Source: an uncultured virus (IMG/VR IMGVR_UViG_3300041964_000089)
Taxonomy: Duplodnaviria; Heunggongvirae; Uroviricota; Caudoviricetes
Reading direction: 5' to 3' (one strand)
Virus record (IMG/VR): IMGVR_UViG_3300041964_000089
Length of the DNA stretch: 64,000 bases
Shown: positions 59,638 through 64,000 of the stretch, in pieces
Layout: each line of letters opens with the position of its first letter
How positions within the stretch are numbered: position 1 is the first letter of the stretch
Translations under genes and position numbers: made by a program
Notes under the pieces: model-generated
The model's input: only the letters and a program-made list of their open reading frames with translations
Databases searched by the model: none
What the model was told of the DNA's origin: nothing

Positions 59638-60296
59638 TGTTATACAATGCTGAAAGTGATATATATCGTGCTATGGGAAATTTTTCAACTGTAGCACAAG
59701 TATCTTTTGTGTCAAATAATTATGGCGCTGGTTATGTATCGGATAGTTATTTGTCATCTTCTTCTTTTGGAAATATCCCAAGTCAATGTGCAGCTCTTAT
59801 AACCTCTAGTCATGTTTTTACTTTGTTCATAGAAAGCTGGGACATAAGTAGGGACACTGGATATCCGGTATTTCAGAACAAAAAAGTATATCCAGCAAAA
59901 GTGAGAGGACTAAATATACCTTATCCTAAAAACCAAACTTTTCAATGGAAAGAAGGATTGATTGATAATAGCTTTAATCAAGTAGGAACCTACAACAGTT
60001 ATTTTAGATCAGGATTTGGCCAAACTATTTTGTCAGATCTACAACGTCCATTTATTTCAACATCTGTTGTTAAAAATACTTTAGGATTAGGTGTTTTAGG
60101 GGAACCGGGAAACTCGGGATTTACAGGCCCGTTTGGACGTTTAATGTCGATGGCATTTTGGGTAGACCCAGAACTTGCAAAACAATACGACGGCAGTAAA
60201 AGCAAGAAAAAGAAAAAATCTTTAAACGAGCAAGACTATCAACAAATACCTCAATATCCTGGCTATACGCCATATCAAAACAACAGTGGTTATTAA
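59637..60296 (+). CDS. Hypothetical tail-associated protein
   Basis: TAATG coupling to the preceding gene. Confidence 0.55.
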   Translation: MLYNAESDIYRAMGNFSTVAQVSFVSNNYGAGYVSDSYLSSSSFGNIPSQCAALITSSHVFTLFIESWDISRDTGYPVFQNKKVYPAKVRGLNIPYPKNQTFQWKEGLIDNSFNQVGTYNSYFRSGFGQTILSDLQRPFISTSVVKNTLGLGVLGEPGNSGFTGPFGRLMSMAFWVDPELAKQYDGSKSKKKKKSLNEQDYQQIPQYPGYTPYQNNSGY

Positions 60297-60298
60297 GA

Positions 60299-61114
60299 TT
60301 AAGTTAGCGCAGTAGGGCTGATTTCTTCAATTGAGCGTTCAGGATTAAACCTTACTTTAAGCCTGTGTGTCTTGTCCCTACCCTGTCGCCTCAACGCTGC
60401 TTCAATAGCAGCATTAGCCAACAACACAATCTGTAATGGATTTTTTTGATGTGTCATATCAGAATGATTTCTGTAAAAATACAAAAAATCAGGAATATGG
60501 CTAATGCGAGTAATTTTAGAGATACGAAGGCACAGATCGTAATCCTCCATCAGATCGAACGACAAATCAATTCCACCAGCCTGTTTGTAAACAGACCGAC
60601 GCATTAGCCTAAAGTGAAATGTCATAAAGACACAGAGCAGTTTTTCGGCTGAATAATCGTAACTACAGCGCCAGCCCGGTCTTAACTGCTTTCCGTTCTC
60701 GTCTACGTCGATGTAATTGCTATAAACCATCCCGCAGCCCGCATCATCGTCTAGAACTGCTACCATGCGCTCGATCGCTTGCATATCAAGCCAGTCGTCG
60801 GAGTCAACTTGCCCAATGTATTCACCCCGCGCTAATTCATATCCCGCCTTGAGCGCGTGGGCTGCACCTCTTTCGGTTTCGTCTGTTCTATCCACCTTTA
60901 AAATAAGCAGTCGCACCCGATCGTCTTCCACCGCAAACTGCTCAGCGATCGCCAGTGTCCCGTCAGTCGAGCTATCGTCCACAATAATCAGTTCAAAGTC
61001 GGTAAAACTTTGGTCTAAAACGCTGCGAACGGCAAAGCCCAAGTAACGCTCGCGGTTGTAAACTGGAATGATAATCGAAACTCTGGGGACGGTTAATTCG
61101 GCTGAAATTTCCAT
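60299..61114 (-). CDS. Glycosyltransferase family 2
   Basis: VSIIIPVYNRERYL...IIVDDSSTD, VDSDD and EDYDL motifs. Confidence 0.92.
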   Translation of the reverse strand: MEISAELTVPRVSIIIPVYNRERYLGFAVRSVLDQSFTDFELIIVDDSSTDGTLAIAEQFAVEDDRVRLLILKVDRTDETERGAAHALKAGYELARGEYIGQVDSDDWLDMQAIERMVAVLDDDAGCGMVYSNYIDVDENGKQLRPGWRCSYDYSAEKLLCVFMTFHFRLMRRSVYKQAGGIDLSFDLMEDYDLCLRISKITRISHIPDFLYFYRNHSDMTHQKNPLQIVLLANAAIEAALRRQGRDKTHRLKVRFNPERSIEEISPTALT

Positions 61115-61268
61115 ATTTTAATTTGTAATATTTTTTAGACACTTTGACGGCTGATTCACAAGGCAAAAGCTGGACTAAAGAAACGGGACTATTAGGTAAA
61201 TTGAATGGCAATATCAGGGTGAACGTACAACCCGCCCCGTTTCTTTAGATCTGAGGCCGAGGAAATAG

Positions 61269-61418
61269 CTATTTTTTCTTTTCTAACTCTGCCAATTCTT
61301 CCGGGCTTAAAACTATTTCCTCGGCCTCAGATTGAGTTTTTGTTTGTTTGGTTTGTCCGCTTGGCAAAGAATCGTCTGATGACGTTGATTGATTTTTTTC
61401 AGTTTCATGGTTAGACAT
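61269..61418 (-). CDS. Small peptide (49 aa), possibly extended to 61192 by a -1 shift
   Basis: MSNHETEKNQ...EEIVLSPEELAELEKKK*; not in the ORF track. Confidence 0.45.
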   Translation of the reverse strand: MSNHETEKNQSTSSDDSLPSGQTKQTKTQSEAEEIVLSPEELAELEKKK

Positions 61419-61574
61419 TCGAGCACCCTTTAATAGAATTATAATTTAAGGACTTAGCCAAGAGCCAACAGAGCGTTTAACTGTCTAGGGTCTTTTTATC
61501 TCTTGCTGGTCTATTATAATTGTAAGTGTATTTTGCCCAACAGTCGCGTCAAGCGCTCGCTGTCATCTACCCGT

Positions 61575-62390
61575 GTGAAACGCATATTTTTAGTTGGCGC
61601 GCCCCGCAGTGGTACGACTATATTTCAAAGCTTGCTGGCAGCGCACCCAGAAATCACGTCATTTCCGGAAACCAAATTTTTCCACTACTTGTGGGAAGAT
61701 CGACTTTCTCGCAAGTTGCCCGATCGCCTGTACAAATTTTTTCACGAGGAAATTCACCGTCCCGACCTGTACGATGAGGTAGAAATTTATCGGCAATCTA
61801 CTACAGACCAGATCAGTTGGTTTATTCGACTGTTGGACAAGCTAACCGTTGAGCAAGGTAACGATATCTGGCTGGAGAAAACACCCGAACACGTTTACTT
61901 CATTGCGGACATTCTGCATTACTTGCCCGAGGCAAAGTTTATCCACATCATTCGGCATCCACTTGACGTAGTGGCATCCATGCGGAAAGCTACGCAAGAT
62001 CCGATGAATGCTCTCTGGGGCGGGGAGTGGAGTTTGGATTTTTGCATTAGTCGGTGGAACAGTTCAGTTTTGGTTAGTTGTGGGTATTTAAGAAATCCCC
62101 AACACCTGATCGTCAAGTATGAAGATTTGTTAACGGATAAAACTAAGGTATTGGCGCGGTGTTGCCACTTTATTGGTATTTCCTGTGATTTTTCAATGGT
62201 TGAAAATTACAGAGCAGAAGCTATTAGGCTAGGACTTCAATTGCCTTGGCATAAAGGTATTGAACGCCCGATCAAGCCTGCGGGAATTCCAAAATACAAA
62301 GATTTTTTTAGCGAAAAAGAAATTGAATATGTTTTGAAAAATACGTTTCAGCTAAGACAAAGGTTTGGATACAAGTGCGATGGATGTTAG
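61575..62390 (+). CDS. Sulfotransferase (PAPS-dependent)
   Basis: IFLVGAPRSGTT, LEKTP, IIRHPLDVVASM and VKYEDL motifs. Confidence 0.9.
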   Translation: MKRIFLVGAPRSGTTIFQSLLAAHPEITSFPETKFFHYLWEDRLSRKLPDRLYKFFHEEIHRPDLYDEVEIYRQSTTDQISWFIRLLDKLTVEQGNDIWLEKTPEHVYFIADILHYLPEAKFIHIIRHPLDVVASMRKATQDPMNALWGGEWSLDFCISRWNSSVLVSCGYLRNPQHLIVKYEDLLTDKTKVLARCCHFIGISCDFSMVENYRAEAIRLGLQLPWHKGIERPIKPAGIPKYKDFFSEKEIEYVLKNTFQLRQRFGYKCDGC

Positions 62391-62519
62391 GTTTCCACGC
62401 TACGACCAAATAATGAAGGAATAGATATGCCAAAATAGTGGATTGCTTGTGATCGGTTAGAATATAAGGAAATTGCCAACCTACGGAAGGCGGAAGGCTA
62501 GTGACTGACTTTTAAACGT

Positions 62520-62867
62520 ATGAGTCGAATAAATCTCTCTCAAGAGTTGCAGTTATTGGAAGAAAATCCAGTAGATTACCCAAAACTTCTTACAACTTTG
62601 TGTCAGCTTGAAAAACGTTATTTAGAAATAAAAACTCTTATTAAGGTGGGGTTTTCCGAAGATATCAAAGATACTTGGGAAATAATAAAGGTTGCGGATC
62701 TTTTTAATAAAAAAATTATTACAAGATTTGAAGAAGTCTCTTTTATAAACAATGATAAAACAGAAAAAGATTTATGGAAGATAATTGAAATTAATAATGC
62801 TATTAACGCAAAAATTATGGCTATAATCGAAGAAAGAGTTAGAATTGCAAATTTAACTAAAGGTTAG
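62520..62867 (+). CDS. Hypothetical helical protein
   Basis: AT-rich ORF; LCQLEKRY resembles 7698-8027. Confidence 0.55.
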   Translation: MSRINLSQELQLLEENPVDYPKLLTTLCQLEKRYLEIKTLIKVGFSEDIKDTWEIIKVADLFNKKIITRFEEVSFINNDKTEKDLWKIIEINNAINAKIMAIIEERVRIANLTKG

Positions 62868-62951
62868 AAAAGCTGTTTGCACTATACCAGTTCGCAAACT
62901 GTCATTTTATTTGCATGATAAAATTTAGACACTCACTACACCCCTACTCTC

Positions 62952-63404
62952 ATGCAAATCAACCAAGAAGGCTTAGACCTCATTAAAAAGTTTGAAGGCT
63001 GCAAGCTAGAAGCTTACCTGTGCCCTGCTGGCGTACCGACAATCGGGTACGGTCACACCAGAACCGCAGAACTAGGGGCTGTTATGACAGAATCCGAAGC
63101 TGAGGCAATGCTTAGGGATGATTTAAAAAAAGCCGAAACAACAGTTGAGCGGCTGGTAACTGTACCGATCAACGACAATCAATTTTCAGCACTGGTTAGT
63201 TTTGTTTTTAACATCGGTGTGGGTGCCTTTGAACAATCTACTTTGCTAGCAATGCTCAACGCCTACGCTAGCATTGAAATAGTGGCAGCTCAATTCATGC
63301 GGTGGAACAAGGCCGATGGACGGGAGTTGCCGGGATTGACACGCCGCCGTCATGCTGAGCGGGCGTTGTTTTTAGGGCAAGATTGGAAAATTTATCTATT
63401 TTGA
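62952..63404 (+). CDS. Lysozyme/endolysin (GH24)
   Basis: GLDLIKKFEG...YLCPAGVPTIGYGHT...GLTRRRHAERALF. Confidence 0.93.
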   Translation: MQINQEGLDLIKKFEGCKLEAYLCPAGVPTIGYGHTRTAELGAVMTESEAEAMLRDDLKKAETTVERLVTVPINDNQFSALVSFVFNIGVGAFEQSTLLAMLNAYASIEIVAAQFMRWNKADGRELPGLTRRRHAERALFLGQDWKIYLF

Positions 63405-63809
63405 TTGAACGGGCGGTCGATCGCTTCCAAAGTCCGTAAAGCCTAAAACTATAGTAGCCAGTGAACCGATAGCCGGAGAAAGTTCGTTAGGCACTGATTT
63501 TTCAAGCCAAATTAAAAATACGTAATTAGTCGCCAAAACTAATTCAGTAGTTGCAGCCCCCATAAAAGCGTAATCTCTTAATGATTGTTTTGATATAGCT
63601 ATTTCTGGGTTACTTAATTTCCTCTTTTTAAGTGCCGCTCCTGCTGCTCCTGATATTAACGCAATAGCTAGCGTCAACATTTCCGAAGGGATTGTTTTAG
63701 GCGTCCAGGTTAGTCCAACATAACTAACTAGCAAAAAAACTCCCGAAAAGGTTGTTGTAATAATAACAAATTCTTGCAACAAAAGTATTTGTAAAAATAA
63801 TTTTTTCAT
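63396..63809 (-). CDS. Multi-TM membrane protein, possible holin
   Basis: About four hydrophobic segments next to the lysozyme, but in convergent orientation. Confidence 0.45.
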   Translation of the reverse strand: MKKLFLQILLLQEFVIITTTFSGVFLLVSYVGLTWTPKTIPSEMLTLAIALISGAAGAALKKRKLSNPEIAISKQSLRDYAFMGAATTELVLATNYVFLIWLEKSVPNELSPAIGSLATIVLGFTDFGSDRPPVQSK

Positions 63810-64000
63810 ATTAATCCCTTTTGCAATAGTTATTAATTTATTCCGTTATAATATTCAGTATTTTCAGCTTGATGTTTTCTTGTTTCTTCAGCCCATTTTA
63901 TTCTTTCTCGTAATTCTGTTATTATAGCATCAGTATCTAGTCCACTTTTTTCGCAATCTATTAAATTGCTAATATACAATACTTTAGCTAAATAGTCGTT

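Larger units (their letters stand above)
1..64000. mobile_element. Temperate cyanophage (siphovirus-like), partial genome, probably unintegrated form
   Basis: Integrase with attP-like site in mid-window; terminase, portal, capsid, tail, tape measure and lysozyme genes; nblA; HIP1 sites; no host housekeeping genes. Confidence 0.93.

Noticed and set aside
53916..60296. Diversity-generating retroelement acting on tail-tip genes
   Set aside because: No reverse transcriptase ORF and no TR/VR pair differing at adenines. The 52984-53458 repeats differ mainly at synonymous sites.
61192..61240. KilA-N remnant (GGLYVHPDIAIQF)
   Set aside because: Only a short motif; the rest of the domain is absent
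1..64000. CRISPR array or cas genes
   Set aside because: No regularly spaced repeat-spacer series and no Cas motifs seen

Overview
The whole window reads as most of a temperate, long-tailed (siphovirus-like) phage of a filamentous cyanobacterium. Host evidence: frequent HIP1 GCGATCGC, cyanobacterial STRR/REP/MITE repeats and an nblA gene. Modules in order: (1) early/accessory genes, including a decayed primase and candidate origin relic (1-9.7 kb); (2) a leftward accessory block (9.8-20.6 kb) with an Acb2/Tad1-like protein, an HslV-like Ntn protease, several tRNA-like RNAs and HTH regulators; (3) replication (Prim-Pol/CHC2/DUF3987-type protein), nblA and a TGT/DpdA-like enzyme; (4) a probable excisionase, a tyrosine integrase and an attP-like 3' fragment of tRNA-Ser(GCT) with phage genes on both sides, which suggests the unintegrated or circular form; (5) packaging, head and tail genes, with a G GGA AAG tail-chaperone frameshift and a 2418-aa tape measure; (6) a GT2/sulfotransferase moron, lysozyme and a membrane protein. 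The most unusual signals are a Leu-type tRNA body with a Ser anticodon, a tRNA-Leu with a duplicated anticodon arm, a tRNA mimic with a pseudoknot-like insert, a small paralogous protein domain found next to tRNA-like RNAs at two loci, a GNA-triloop multi-hairpin element beside attP, and a triplicated tail-gene 3' end. The major capsid gene is split by a frameshift. All protein calls come from motif recognition by eye; no database search was run.
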